A stretch of DNA of 64,000 nucleotides, from NCBI GenBank assembly GCA_052279835.1, contig CP181291.1:6144001-6208000 (forward strand), written 5' to 3'. Both the position numbers and the translations under genes were made by a program. The stretch comes from Microcoleus sp. Lineage in GTDB: Bacteria > Cyanobacteriota > Cyanobacteriia > Cyanobacteriales > Microcoleaceae. Shown one piece after another: positions 19,424-29,719 of the stretch. The notes below the pieces were generated by a model that had not been told where the DNA came from, made no database searches, and was given only the letters and a program-made list of their open reading frames with translations. The first letter of the stretch is position 1; each line of letters opens with the position of its first letter.

Positions 19424-20762
19424 CAAAAAAAAGGGTCTAAAGCCCCGTCCTTCTAGGACGGCTTTCAATTTTATTGATGTTGAGCTAGAATAATTATATC
19501 CAACACCATAACGTAAAATGCTGGTATTTGAAGCAAAGCTTGAAGGCGAAAAGCATCAGTATGAAAAGCTTGATGAAGCGATTCGTACTGCGCGTTTTGT
19601 CCGCAATTCTTGCATCAGATACTGGATAGACAATCAGGGGATTGGGCGGTATGAACTGAGCGCTTATTGCAAGGTTCTTGCCAAGGAATTTCCTTTGGCC
19701 AGTCAGCTCAACTCTATGGCTCGTCAAGCTTCTGCTGAACGAGCTTGGTCTGCTATTGCTCGGTTCTACGACAACTGCAAAAAGAAAGCAGCAAAGAAAG
19801 GTTTTCCATGTTTTAAAAAGCATCAAACACATGGTTCTGTTGAGTACAAGACCTGTGGCTGGAAGCTGTCGGAGGACAGGAGAACTATCACCTTCACTGA
19901 TGGTTTTAAAGCTGGAAGTTTCAAGATGTGGGGAACTCGTGCTCTGCACTTTTATCAGTTGGAACAGATTAAGCGAGTTCGGGTTGTTCGTCGTGCTGAT
20001 GGGTACTACGTTCAGTTTTGTCTTGATGTCGAGCGAGTTGAGAAGAGAGAACCAGCGGGTAAAACTATTGGGCTGGATGTTGGGTTGAATCACTTCTACA
20101 CCGACTCGGATGGACATACAATTGACAATCCCAGGCATCTCAGGAAGTCTGAAAAAGCGCTCAAACGGCTCGGTCGAAGGCTTTCTCGAACTCAAAAAGG
20201 AGCGATTAACCGAACCAAAGCGAGAAACCGATTGAGCAGAAAACACCTCAAGGTAAGTAGGCAGCGTAAAGATTTTGCTGTGAAATTGGCAAGATGCGTA
20301 GTCCAGTCTAACGACTTGGTTGCCTATGAGGACTTGCAGGTGCGAAACATGGTTAAGAATCGGAAACTTGCTAAGTCGATTTCTGATGCGGCGTGGTCGG
20401 CTTTCCGGAGTTGGTTGGAATATTTTGGCAAGGTATTTGGTGTAGCAACAGTTGCTGTTCCACCGCACTACACCAGCCAGATTTGTTCTAAGTGTGGGAA
20501 AGTTGTCAAGAAGTCTTTGAGTACAAGAACTCATAAATGTTCTCATTGTGGGTTGGTTTTAGACCGGGACTGGAACGCCGCTCGTAACATACTGGAACTT
20601 GCACTTCGTACCGTGGGGCACACGGGAACGCTTAACGCCTCTGGAGACATCGACAAGAGCTTGGGTGAAGAAATTCCTCCAAGTAAGCCGAGTCGGGGAA
20701 AGAGGAAGCCCAAAGAGTGATCTTTGGAATCACCGTGGCTTTAGCTGGCGTGAGGATGTCAA
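19424..20762 (+). mobile_element. IS200/IS605-family tnpB-only element
   Basis: TTAC at 19420-19423 precedes the left end with hairpin AAAGCCCCGTCCTTCTAGGACGGCTTT; right end finishes GAGGATGTCAA at 20762; no tnpA. Confidence 0.82.
19518..20720 (+). CDS. tnpB: RNA-guided endonuclease TnpB
   Basis: RuvC motifs IGLDVGL, AYEDL, DRDWNAARNI; zinc finger CSKC..CSHC. Confidence 0.95.
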   Translation: MLVFEAKLEGEKHQYEKLDEAIRTARFVRNSCIRYWIDNQGIGRYELSAYCKVLAKEFPLASQLNSMARQASAERAWSAIARFYDNCKKKAAKKGFPCFKKHQTHGSVEYKTCGWKLSEDRRTITFTDGFKAGSFKMWGTRALHFYQLEQIKRVRVVRRADGYYVQFCLDVERVEKREPAGKTIGLDVGLNHFYTDSDGHTIDNPRHLRKSEKALKRLGRRLSRTQKGAINRTKARNRLSRKHLKVSRQRKDFAVKLARCVVQSNDLVAYEDLQVRNMVKNRKLAKSISDAAWSAFRSWLEYFGKVFGVATVAVPPHYTSQICSKCGKVVKKSLSTRTHKCSHCGLVLDRDWNAARNILELALRTVGHTGTLNASGDIDKSLGEEIPPSKPSRGKRKPKE

Positions 20763-21031
20763 AGATGTCTGATAGTGACGTTTTCAAGCTGCTAGTTCCA
20801 GAAAACTTTTAGTTGAATCCACACCTATTCTGGTTTGTCAAGGTGATACCAGCTAAAATTTTTGAGACAGAAGGACACCTGGGGACAGATTTTTGATATA
20901 AAAATCCCTGCCCTTGCAGTTTTGTCTTGCTGACAACAAACAATCTACTCCACTGTGGCAGCAATTGTCTGCACTCTCAAGATTTAACTGCTGAGGCAGG
21001 TACTTTGGCGATTCTCGCTAGTGTCTGTGAA

Positions 21032-21127
21032 CTACTTGTACAGTTCAGTAGACAACCGGAAAGCCAAGATTCCTGGAATCAAAGCAATTACGAGGGCGAC
21101 GTAGACTTGGGTATCTGTTAAAGACAT
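21032..21127 (-). CDS. psaM: Photosystem I subunit XII (31 aa; not in the ORF track)
   Basis: Translated by hand: MSLTDTQVYVALVIALIPGILAFRLSTELYK*, with GGAG RBS upstream. Confidence 0.96.
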   Translation of the reverse strand: MSLTDTQVYVALVIALIPGILAFRLSTELYK

Positions 21128-21384
21128 ATTGGCAAAACTCCTTTTCACGGACACGAGCTTTCACTAATTTCCGGCAAATTGGCGCTTTTGGGAATCACTT
21201 GTAACAACTCGAAATATAAAATACTGCCAGGACTTCTCAAGATGGAACGCAGAATGAGGGCGATCGGGTGTCGCACAGTTGCCAGATTAGGTTAAGATAA
21301 ATGAAGGTGACACTAATTCTCGACAGAGCCGGTGATTGGCGCTGCGCTCTACCCTTGCAAATTTTAGGTGCACAACCAACGTTA

Positions 21385-22152
21385 ATGCTAGACCAATTTA
21401 TCGAATCTTCTCCCAATTTAGGAATTGACACCTTTTTATTATTGTTAGTTTTGGTGGCTTTGGAAGCTGTGCTTTCGGCTGACAATGCGATCGCCCTAGC
21501 ATCTATTTCTAAAGGTTTGGAAGAACCAAAGCAACAGCAACAGGCTCTCAATTTCGGTTTGATAATTGCTTTCGTACTGCGAATTTCACTGATTTTAACC
21601 GCTACTTGGGTGATCCAATACTGGCAGTTTGAACTGCTGGGTGCTCTGTACCTACTGTGGCTGGTTTGGCAGCACTTCGCCTCAGATGCTGACTCCGAGG
21701 GAGAACATCACGGGCCCAGATTTGCGTCTGTGTGGCAAGCAATTCCCATGATTGCTTTTACGGATTTAGCATTTTCTTTGGATAGCGTCACTACTGCGAT
21801 CGCAGTTTCGGATAACACGGTTATTGTTGTCACTGGCGCTACCATTGGCATTATTGCTCTGCGATTCATGGCTGGATTGTTCATCCGCTGGCTGGATGAA
21901 TACGTACACCTGGAAAGTGCAGGCTACATCACAGTTGGGTTCGTGGGAATGAGGTTGTTGGTGAAAGTAATTAATCCAGATTTAGTTCCTCCCCAATGGC
22001 TGGTAGTTTCATGTATCGCCTTGATGTTTGTGTGGGGTTTTTCTAAACGCACTCCAGAGTCGAACGACATTACAGAGTCCTTAGAATCTGCATTTAAGCA
22101 GGACTCGAAAGAGCAAGTCAAGGAGCAGGAAGCACAGAAGTCGGAAATTTGA
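21385..22152 (+). CDS. TerC-family membrane protein
   Basis: LEAVLSADNA, DLAFSLDSV; ATG 21385 preferred over 21301. Confidence 0.9.
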   Translation: MLDQFIESSPNLGIDTFLLLLVLVALEAVLSADNAIALASISKGLEEPKQQQQALNFGLIIAFVLRISLILTATWVIQYWQFELLGALYLLWLVWQHFASDADSEGEHHGPRFASVWQAIPMIAFTDLAFSLDSVTTAIAVSDNTVIVVTGATIGIIALRFMAGLFIRWLDEYVHLESAGYITVGFVGMRLLVKVINPDLVPPQWLVVSCIALMFVWGFSKRTPESNDITESLESAFKQDSKEQVKEQEAQKSEI

Positions 22153-22193
22153 GATACTTTTATTTTAATATTGACTTTTGTTTCAACATAAAT

Positions 22194-22229
22194 TAGATCG
22201 ATCTTTTGCTAAAGGTCGATCTATTTTTT
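22194..22229 (+). terminator. Intrinsic terminator after the TerC gene
   Basis: TAGATCGATCTTT..AAAGGTCGATCTA then TTTTTT. Confidence 0.75.
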
Positions 22230-22442
22230 GTGTATAAATTCGCCCCGTGAATACCGAGATAGCCGACTGCTTAAACAAGTCTAGTATAGCAATCGCTAAG
22301 GCTGTTAAGGCGATCGCTAGAGCTCACAGCCAATGTTATTTCAAAGACATATTTAAATCACTCTATGTGTTACTCTCAAAAACAACTTTGAGGATTCAGC
22401 CTTCTTGTCCGGCATTGTATCTTTAAGATCGAGAAAACACCT

Positions 22443-24702
22443 ATGTATCGATTCCAGATTATTGGACACACGCAAACTGGCGCATCCATCGGTATCGTCG
22501 GTTCTACTCCCGAATTAGGACTGTGGGATATCACGAAATGCCTACGCCTGAACACCAGTGCCGATCGCTATCCTTTATGGTACACAGATATAGACATTCA
22601 GCCTGCTCTCGATGTAGGCGATCGCCAGAACATAGAATATAAGTACGTGTATATTGATGCCAACGGTATCGCAGCATGGGAAGAATTCGGTTTTAATCGC
22701 TGGATACCGATCGACCCAGACCAAAAATCCAGCAAAATCGTAGTAGACGATGGCGCCTTTGGTTATTTGCAGCCTTATCCCTTCGGATACCTAGAAGAAG
22801 CAGAACCTGTTCCCAATCTCCCCTCAGATCAAAAATCCCCAGGCTTAAAAATCGCCGTGATTGGTAGTTTCCGTCGCCAAGGGTCAAAAAGCCTGGATGT
22901 TGAAAGGTTGGGCTTCCCAGTTGGCAGAGTCTTTGCAGGAAAAATACGGACACCAACTCGTGAATTTGTCAGAAGCGGGCGCAAATGTCAGCAAAACCAT
23001 CGCCCGTTTTCCCTCCGTCGTCGCCCCAGAACAACCTGATGTGGTAATTATTGCCCTGTCTCTCGGTAACGAAGGGCTCGCCCACTGTCGCCCCCACGAA
23101 CGACGGGGCGCGCAACGCAGGTTTGAAAGCGGCTTGCAGCAGTTGGTGAAAATGACGCGAGCCCTGGGAGCACGTCCCATGCTGGGCGGACTATATCCCC
23201 ACGGTGACTATAACTCAGAACATTACTGGTTGCTGCGAGATACCCACCACCGGATGCAGAATTGGGGCGTTCCGGTGCTGGATTGGTTGGGCGTGTTGGA
23301 GGATGGACAAGGACGCTGGAAACCAGGAACATCCTTCGATCCTTCTCACCCAAACACCATCGGTCATAATCTGATGTATGAGGCGATCGATCTTAACCAA
23401 TTCGCGATCGACAAAGACGAATTAGCCAAAGAAAAACAATACTTTTCCCAACCAAAAGAAGTTCCAGTTTTCCTTGACAATGGGGGTTTTAAAGTCTTTG
23501 CTTGTCTGGAAGAACAGCGTTTGCGGATTGTCAATTCATCCCCACACAATTATACGATCGCTCCCCACTGGCAAGCAATCCAAACTGTACTGCAACGCAA
23601 AGCAGGATTGATACCAGGGATTTATATTGCTAAAAATGTCAAGTCAGGGATGCTTCCTTTCTTTGCAGTGCCGGAAAATGGGACGATCGAAACAACAATG
23701 GAAATTGCCCCCGGTGCTGACTTAGAATACACTTCAGCTTTCAATCTTTTTGCACCGAACAACTCACAATTGTTGTTCTATGACGGGCATTTGGGAATTT
23801 TAAAATTAGACGATAGTCGCCTGTGGATTATCAACGAATCAGACAAAGAATACAACATCCAACCCATGTGGAAGGAAGTTCGCCATCTACTCAAAGCCAT
23901 GCCATCGGGTGTCTATGACGATCCCCTGCATCCTGACGCACCTTTTCGCACCATGATGATTGGCGACAACGGGATTGAAAGTCGGGTGAAAGCACCGCCT
24001 AAGTCCGCTGTATTGTTTCAATATAAATGTCAATTATCCGACATCAGCCGGGTGGCGATTTTGCCGCTGGGCGATCGCTGTGCAGTGCGGATGATGCTGT
24101 ATAAAATGGAGTACGATGGCCCGGCTTTTCCCTTCGATTTGACGCGCACTACCAATATTGGAGATGTTGCTGATGCGATCGAAAACGGTTTTTATGATAT
24201 GTGGAATCCGGCTTTTCTCCACTACAGTGCCCAAGCGGGTAGAATCTATCATAGCAAGTGGTCTGGTCTTTCTTTTGCCCATGAAGTTGAAGATACAGAC
24301 GATCCTGTTAATGATATGTCTCCGGTATTTGAACGGATGCGCGAGCGATATACGGCACGTTCGTCGCGGTTTTGGTACGCTCTTAAACATTGCGACAAGG
24401 TGCTGTTTGTCCGCACTGGTATTGCCGATCGCAATGGGGCGATCGATCTGATCCATAAACTAGAATACAAATGTCAGGGGAAACCTTTTCAATTGCTGTT
24501 GCTTTCTCCCCAATCTTCCGATGAGTTTGCAGGTTTGGATTGTGTGCTGCATTATAATGTGGAGTTTAATCCCGATCGAATGTATGACGATTTGGGACAC
24601 TGGATGTACTGTACGGATGTGATGCGAGGGATTTTGGAGTCGATCGGGGTTTCTAGCAAAAACCTGTTTTGGTGTCCGCCTAGGATACCGCAAAATAGGT
24701 AA
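22443..24702 (+). pseudogene. CBM20 + SGNH hydrolase + DUF1796-like protein, split by a +1 frameshift
   Basis: CBM20 (IVGSTPELGLWD, IEYKY, WE..NRW); KIAVIGS|SVAKG joined by removing one T of 22868-22870; SLGNEG, DPSHPN; LPLGDRC..AFPFD; may be a sequencing error. Confidence 0.78.
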
Positions 24703-24731
24703 TATTGATTTCGGTGGGATCGGAATGATTA

Positions 24732-24838
24732 AACCGCGAAGACGCAAAGGACGCGAAGGAAAACCCCCCCCTGCCCCCCCCAAGGGGGGAAAGAAGGAAA
24801 TGCTGTTCTTTCTTCGCGCTATGAGCGCCTTCGCGGTT
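24732..24838. repeat. Palindromic dispersed repeat (AACCGCGAAG...CTTCGCGGTT)
   Basis: Terminal inverted repeats around a C7/G6 hairpin; related to 3968-4070. Confidence 0.75.
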
Positions 24839-24888
24839 CATTTAATCTTACTACTTAGCTGAACTATCCAATGGTTAACTATCAACTG

Positions 24889-26430
24889 TCAATGAAATAA
24901 TTTAATTACTGCTGGCTTCGTCACTTTTCCCATCGCATTTCTAGGTAATTCTTCTATTGGCAAAATTCGGGTGGGGACTTTATAAACTGCCAATTGTTCT
25001 TTTGCCCAATTCCTGAAAGATGCTAAGTTTAAACTGGATTCGGATCGCAATACTAATGCAGCACAAACTCGTTCACCCCATTCTACATCCTCAACCCCTA
25101 CCACTGCACATTCTTGAATCTCTGGATGCGATCGCAATACTTCCTCAATTTCTAAAGCTGAAACTTTATAGCCTCCGCTTTTGATGATATCTACACTCAT
25201 CCTTCCGAGTATGCGATAGTTGTCATTTTCAACTACTGCAAAATCTCCTGTACAAAACCAGCCTGCTTGGAAAGTTTTCGCTGTTGCTTGGGGGTTTTGC
25301 CAATATTCCAGAAATACTCCGGGACTTTTGACTTGAATTTCTCCTGGTGTTTCTGCTGTTACTAATTCTCCTTTTTCGTTGACTAATCGCACTTCCACAC
25401 CAGGTAGAGGTTTTCCTACATATCCCGATGCTCGTTTACCGTGTAAAGGGTTGGATAAGGCCATGCCAATTTCTGTCATCCCATAGCGTTCTAGCAGAAA
25501 ATGACTGCTGATTTTTTGCCATTTTTCTAATACTTGAACTGGTAATGCTGCTGAACCTGAAACCATTAGGCGCATTTTTGCACAACTTTTCGATCGCCTG
25601 TTTTGGGTTTCTTCCGTAGCGGTTTCCCAGGCGGCAATCAATTTTACATAAATCGTTGGTACTGCCATAAATAAGGTTAAATCAGCGTCACAAATTCGAT
25701 TCCAAACTGTTTCGGCATCAAATTTGCTCAACATTTCGCACTCTGCGCCGGCCCATAAAGCACAGGTTAATACATTGACAATTCCGTGTATATGATGTAA
25801 GGGAAGTACGTGGAGAATGCGATCGCTTGATGTCCATTCCCAAGCGTCGATTAAGCTGGTTACTTGAGCTTGAATATTTTGATGAGTGGTTACTACTCCT
25901 TTTGGTTTTCCTGTTGTACCGCTGGTGTAGAGAATTAAGGCGCGTCTGGTGATATCTATTTCTGGGAGAGGGCTAATCTGGGTGGGAAGGGTTTCGGAAG
26001 TGAGGATAAATCGTAAGTTGTGCGATCGGGCGATCGGGCGCAATAAATCTTCAAAATTGGGATGGGCAACAATAATTGATGCTCCCGAATTGGTGATAAC
26101 ATACTCTAATTCTGGTCGCGGGTGGGACACGCATAGAGGTACGGCGATCGCACCGGCGCGCCAAATTCCCCACAGGGTAGCGACATACTCAAATCCAGAC
26201 GGAATTAGAAATGCAATTCGTTGTTCTTGTAAATCTGTCACATCCTGAAGCAATTTTGTTGCTATTTGGCTGGATGTGTGCAGCAAATCTGCATAGGTAT
26301 ATTTTTGTTCGTTGGTGGCGATCGCCCTGTGCGTTTTGTGTTCTAGAGCACGATTTATTAAGGGGAGATTCACGTTTTGAGTATTTATCTGAATCATGTC
26401 GGTAATCAGAAGTGCGATCGATCTGAGCAT
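24889..26430 (-). CDS. Acyl-CoA synthetase (MatB/ACSF3-like)
   Basis: LYTSGTTGKPKG, LPLHHIHG, ERYGMTEIGM, TGD, PRNAMGKV. Confidence 0.9.
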   Translation of the reverse strand: MLRSIALLITDMIQINTQNVNLPLINRALEHKTHRAIATNEQKYTYADLLHTSSQIATKLLQDVTDLQEQRIAFLIPSGFEYVATLWGIWRAGAIAVPLCVSHPRPELEYVITNSGASIIVAHPNFEDLLRPIARSHNLRFILTSETLPTQISPLPEIDITRRALILYTSGTTGKPKGVVTTHQNIQAQVTSLIDAWEWTSSDRILHVLPLHHIHGIVNVLTCALWAGAECEMLSKFDAETVWNRICDADLTLFMAVPTIYVKLIAAWETATEETQNRRSKSCAKMRLMVSGSAALPVQVLEKWQKISSHFLLERYGMTEIGMALSNPLHGKRASGYVGKPLPGVEVRLVNEKGELVTAETPGEIQVKSPGVFLEYWQNPQATAKTFQAGWFCTGDFAVVENDNYRILGRMSVDIIKSGGYKVSALEIEEVLRSHPEIQECAVVGVEDVEWGERVCAALVLRSESSLNLASFRNWAKEQLAVYKVPTRILPIEELPRNAMGKVTKPAVIKLFH

Positions 26431-26636
26431 AACTTGAAATTATCTCATGCAGATATCTCAGTCGGATACTTTACTTAAGTTTTAGCTGCTACAACTGTTA
26501 ATTTATTCCGGCTTCCTCCTGTTTAATTTTTAATTTAAACTCTGGTAAACAGATACTTCATAACAGGTAGGCGGTGCCTGTTTCCCAATAATTATGGGAG
26601 TCTCTATTAAACAAGTTCGCAGATTTTTCACAAATT

Positions 26637-27185
26637 TTAGGCTCGTCCCGCTCTATGATACAGCGCGATCGTCAGTGATGTGGTGGCTGCGATCGCTGCT
26701 ACCGTCCGAACATGGTTCCAGAAGGTCCAATAGGCGAGGTAGCTAGCCCAGAATCTCGCGCCCTCAGCGCTGCTAGGATCGACCTTTGCTAGCCCATCAT
26801 TGAGCGGCACATTACACACTATAGTTACGCCTACCGTACCCACAAGATACAGCATTGCGCCCAGGAGCAAGTAAGGAGCACCGGGTTGATGCCACTTTGA
26901 CAGGGATGAAAAAGTCAGAACAATACAAGCCGCAGCCGTTCCCAAAAACACGCCCATGAAGGATGGATTAATCACCGTAATATTGATGGCTTGCATCGCA
27001 GCAATCCCCTGGGGCGCAGGTTGTCGAGCAAGGGCGTTCATCACAAAAGATGAAAAGGCAAAAAACACTCCGGCTATCAGCCCGCAGCCTAGTGCTGAGA
27101 ACAGCTTTAATGCGAAATAATGTGGTTGAGTTATCATTAAATATCTCCCATAATTCTTGTGGAATAGGCAAAATAGCCTGTTCAA
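26637..27185 (-). CDS. DUF1772 / anthrone oxygenase-family membrane protein
   Basis: GLIAGVFFAFSSFVM, AAMQAIN, NVPLN, WTFWNHVRT; true start probably slightly downstream. Confidence 0.85.
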   Translation of the reverse strand: MNRLFCLFHKNYGRYLMITQPHYFALKLFSALGCGLIAGVFFAFSSFVMNALARQPAPQGIAAMQAINITVINPSFMGVFLGTAAACIVLTFSSLSKWHQPGAPYLLLGAMLYLVGTVGVTIVCNVPLNDGLAKVDPSSAEGARFWASYLAYWTFWNHVRTVAAIAATTSLTIALYHRAGRA

Positions 27186-27267
27186 AGCTGGCTTTTCTGG
27201 AGATGTCTATTATATCAGCCTCAATAAACTCAGCAATTTACGAACCACTTACCCTGCTTAAATCCCG

Positions 27268-27816
27268 ATGAATACACAATACATGATTGCGTTAATTCAT
27301 CGCCTATTTGCCACAGCAGAAACAATCAATTTACCACTTTGGTTACAAGGTGGTTGGGCGATAGACGGCAAACTTCATCGCATCACGCGAGAACATCAAG
27401 ATATTGATGTTGCATTTCCGGCTGAGCGCAAAGCAGAGTTTATTTCGCTGCTTCATTCCCTCGGTGGTGGTGCAATTACACAAACAGATTACGGTTTTTT
27501 GATAGCCTTAGATGGAGTGATTATTGACTGTGAACCCTGTGTACTGATTGGTGAAAATTATGAGCTTGAAGGGCTTCCGGCTGGTACTTGTCCTTGGGAA
27601 AAACAGGGACATATTTCCGGTCAATTTTTACGCTGTACAAGTTGGGAGGCGATTCTCTGGGACTATTTCTATTATCTAGAAGAAGTGCCACAGTCTTCAT
27701 GGCGCGCCCAGGACTTTGAAAGCTATGCTTTGGTGAAAGCATCTTTCGGCGATGCAGCATCAGCGCGTCTTCACGAACAGTTCCAGGAACAAGTTAATGT
27801 GGTCAAACTCGATTAA
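27268..27816 (+). CDS. Aminoglycoside 2''-nucleotidyltransferase-like protein (ANT(2'')-Ia/AadB homolog)
   Basis: LPLWLQGGWAID..TREHQDIDV.FP.ER, DYGFL, DCEP, RCTSWEAILWDYFYY.EEVP are colinear with AadB as recalled. Confidence 0.85.
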   Translation: MNTQYMIALIHRLFATAETINLPLWLQGGWAIDGKLHRITREHQDIDVAFPAERKAEFISLLHSLGGGAITQTDYGFLIALDGVIIDCEPCVLIGENYELEGLPAGTCPWEKQGHISGQFLRCTSWEAILWDYFYYLEEVPQSSWRAQDFESYALVKASFGDAASARLHEQFQEQVNVVKLD

Positions 27817-27829
27817 TTAGTGCCGCAAA

Positions 27830-28846
27830 CTAAACATAGGTTGCTAAAGTCCTGACGTGGGCGGTAGCTGCTGCTACTGTCACTGGTAATCTGTAGCCAC
27901 CTCCATGAGTAGAGAGCACTGGACATCCCCATCTCTTAACAAAATCTAGTAGAATTTCGGTCAGTTTACAGAAATCAGCATTTGTCCAATCTGTGATGTC
28001 CTTCCCACAATCATCTCTGTGGGAATCATAACCAGAAAAAATAGTAACTAGGTCTGGTTCCCACGGTACATTTTCTAAAGCTTGCCGGAAAGTGCTGATA
28101 CTCTGATGGGCGTAGTAGAATCGACCAGTTATACCCTCGGACTGCAAAACTTCTACTGGAAAAGATTCAGGAATCAGCGGAATGTTACAATGTCCAACAG
28201 TTTCGGCAATGGTTGTTGTGCCAGCTTTCAAGTCGGAGGCTTTCGCCATGTAGATATCTACACCACTATGAATGCTAATACAATAGACGCTAGGATCGTT
28301 GCTAAAAATTGACTGAGTTCCATCGCCATGATGAATATCCCAGTCAACTATCAATACTTTTTCAAATCTTTGTGTCTGAGCATATCGAGCAGCAGCAGCT
28401 AGAGGATTTAAGATACAGTAACCGTGTCCCCAATTCCTATGAGCATGATGTCCTACCATACTGAAGCAGTAAGCCCGTTCTAGGTTTCCCTGTTTCATTT
28501 GGTCGATCGCTTCCATCATACCTCCCAAACCATAGATATAACCGGGCAAACAATACTCTAAACCTTGGCATTCTATACTCAAGTCTGGTAAGGCTAGGCT
28601 GATGTTATCTAGTGGTTTACCGAGGGCTTGTAATATCAATTTGCGGAGATATTCTCCAGCATGAACCTTCTGATAATCACTCATTTTTGCTTTTCTTAAG
28701 GGTAAGGCTGGATAGTCTGTCAGAGATTTTTGAAGAGCTTGTCGGACTTGATTGTAGTAATTAAAAGAATATCCGGTAAAAGAAATTGTTTGTATTAACT
28801 TGGAAGTAGAAAATGTTTGGGGGTGTAGATAGGTAGCAAGCTGCAT
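27830..28846 (-). CDS. Histone deacetylase-family amidohydrolase
   Basis: GHHA, GYCILN, DWDIHHGDGTQ, SGYDSH.DD, GGGY. Confidence 0.9.
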   Translation of the reverse strand: MQLATYLHPQTFSTSKLIQTISFTGYSFNYYNQVRQALQKSLTDYPALPLRKAKMSDYQKVHAGEYLRKLILQALGKPLDNISLALPDLSIECQGLEYCLPGYIYGLGGMMEAIDQMKQGNLERAYCFSMVGHHAHRNWGHGYCILNPLAAAARYAQTQRFEKVLIVDWDIHHGDGTQSIFSNDPSVYCISIHSGVDIYMAKASDLKAGTTTIAETVGHCNIPLIPESFPVEVLQSEGITGRFYYAHQSISTFRQALENVPWEPDLVTIFSGYDSHRDDCGKDITDWTNADFCKLTEILLDFVKRWGCPVLSTHGGGYRLPVTVAAATAHVRTLATYV

Positions 28847-29019
28847 CGTTTTATTTTGGCAGTCAAACTGAAGAGATTAATTGTAATGAAATGCCTAGTA
28901 TTTTTAAGCAAAAATAATACCACAGTTACTGCATTTTATCAAGCTCTGCAAAAAACTTGATGACCTCCTGTGATTGCCAAGGGTGAATCGGATGCTGGGG
29001 TTCAGATCGGGGCCATGGG

Positions 29020-29232
29020 CTATGTAGCCACAATACAGCTAGGGTGCGATCGCAATTCTGAAGAAATGCGTTTCACCGCTTCACCGATAATCAGAAGTTG
29101 AAACACGATCGCAGATTGCGTTTTATCATCATTGAGAAATGCACTTTTGTCCATGTTACCTTTATATTGCAGGACTTTTTGAGCAGCCCTGATAATGTCT
29201 AGTAAGGAAGCGCGATCGCGATTATTTGACAT
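29020..29232 (-). pseudogene. Truncated HepT/DUF86 (HEPN) toxin
   Basis: RDRASLLDI..QSAIVFQLLIIGEAVKRIS then homology ends at a HIP1 site (29046-29053); RX4-6H motif absent. Confidence 0.8.
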
Positions 29233-29533
29233 AGATAGTTTGAGCCGTAGACAGAATTTCTTGACGGCGAATCCAGTTAGAACTGCGCTCGATCGCTCTT
29301 TTACTGATTAGATCAACTGGTCTGCTTAGCAATGCTTCGAGTTCTTCCTGCATTTGGGCGCGATCGAGTAGACCCCAGTTGGCTGTGGGAGCAAAAGCAA
29401 CTAAGATATCGATGTCGCTGTCTGCATGAAAGTCGTCCCGAAGGATCGAACCAAAGAGGGAGAGTTCGATGATTTGCCAATGTTGGCACAATTTCGTAAT
29501 TTGGTCAATTGGTAGGGCGATCGGTTTGAGCAA
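29222..29533 (-). CDS. MntA-type minimal nucleotidyltransferase antitoxin
   Basis: LFGSILRDDFHADSDIDILV (GSx10DxD), RPVDL; overlaps the hepT start. Confidence 0.88.
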   Translation of the reverse strand: MLKPIALPIDQITKLCQHWQIIELSLFGSILRDDFHADSDIDILVAFAPTANWGLLDRAQMQEELEALLSRPVDLISKRAIERSSNWIRRQEILSTAQTIYVK

Positions 29534-29719
29534 ACCTTACGGAGTATAACGGTCTAGTCGATTTTATCTCTATTTCTAAGTGTTTTAGGAGAAAATATTT
29601 TTTAAACTTCACACTTTACTTCACAATATTGTTATATCATAGTTATAGGGAACGATAGTCCCATCTCTAGACTCTAGCTATGCTTAATTTCTCTGAAAGC
29701 TCCAAAAAGGATGTAGAAA

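Noticed and set aside
19494..20546. 350-aa antisense ORF
   Set aside because: Shadow of tnpB on the opposite strand with no recognisable motifs
20927..21121. 64-aa plus-strand ORF or possible sRNA hairpin
   Set aside because: Explained by psaM on the minus strand
21130..21384. yybP-ykoY manganese riboswitch upstream of the TerC gene
   Set aside because: Expected from gene context, but I could not find the conserved motifs by eye
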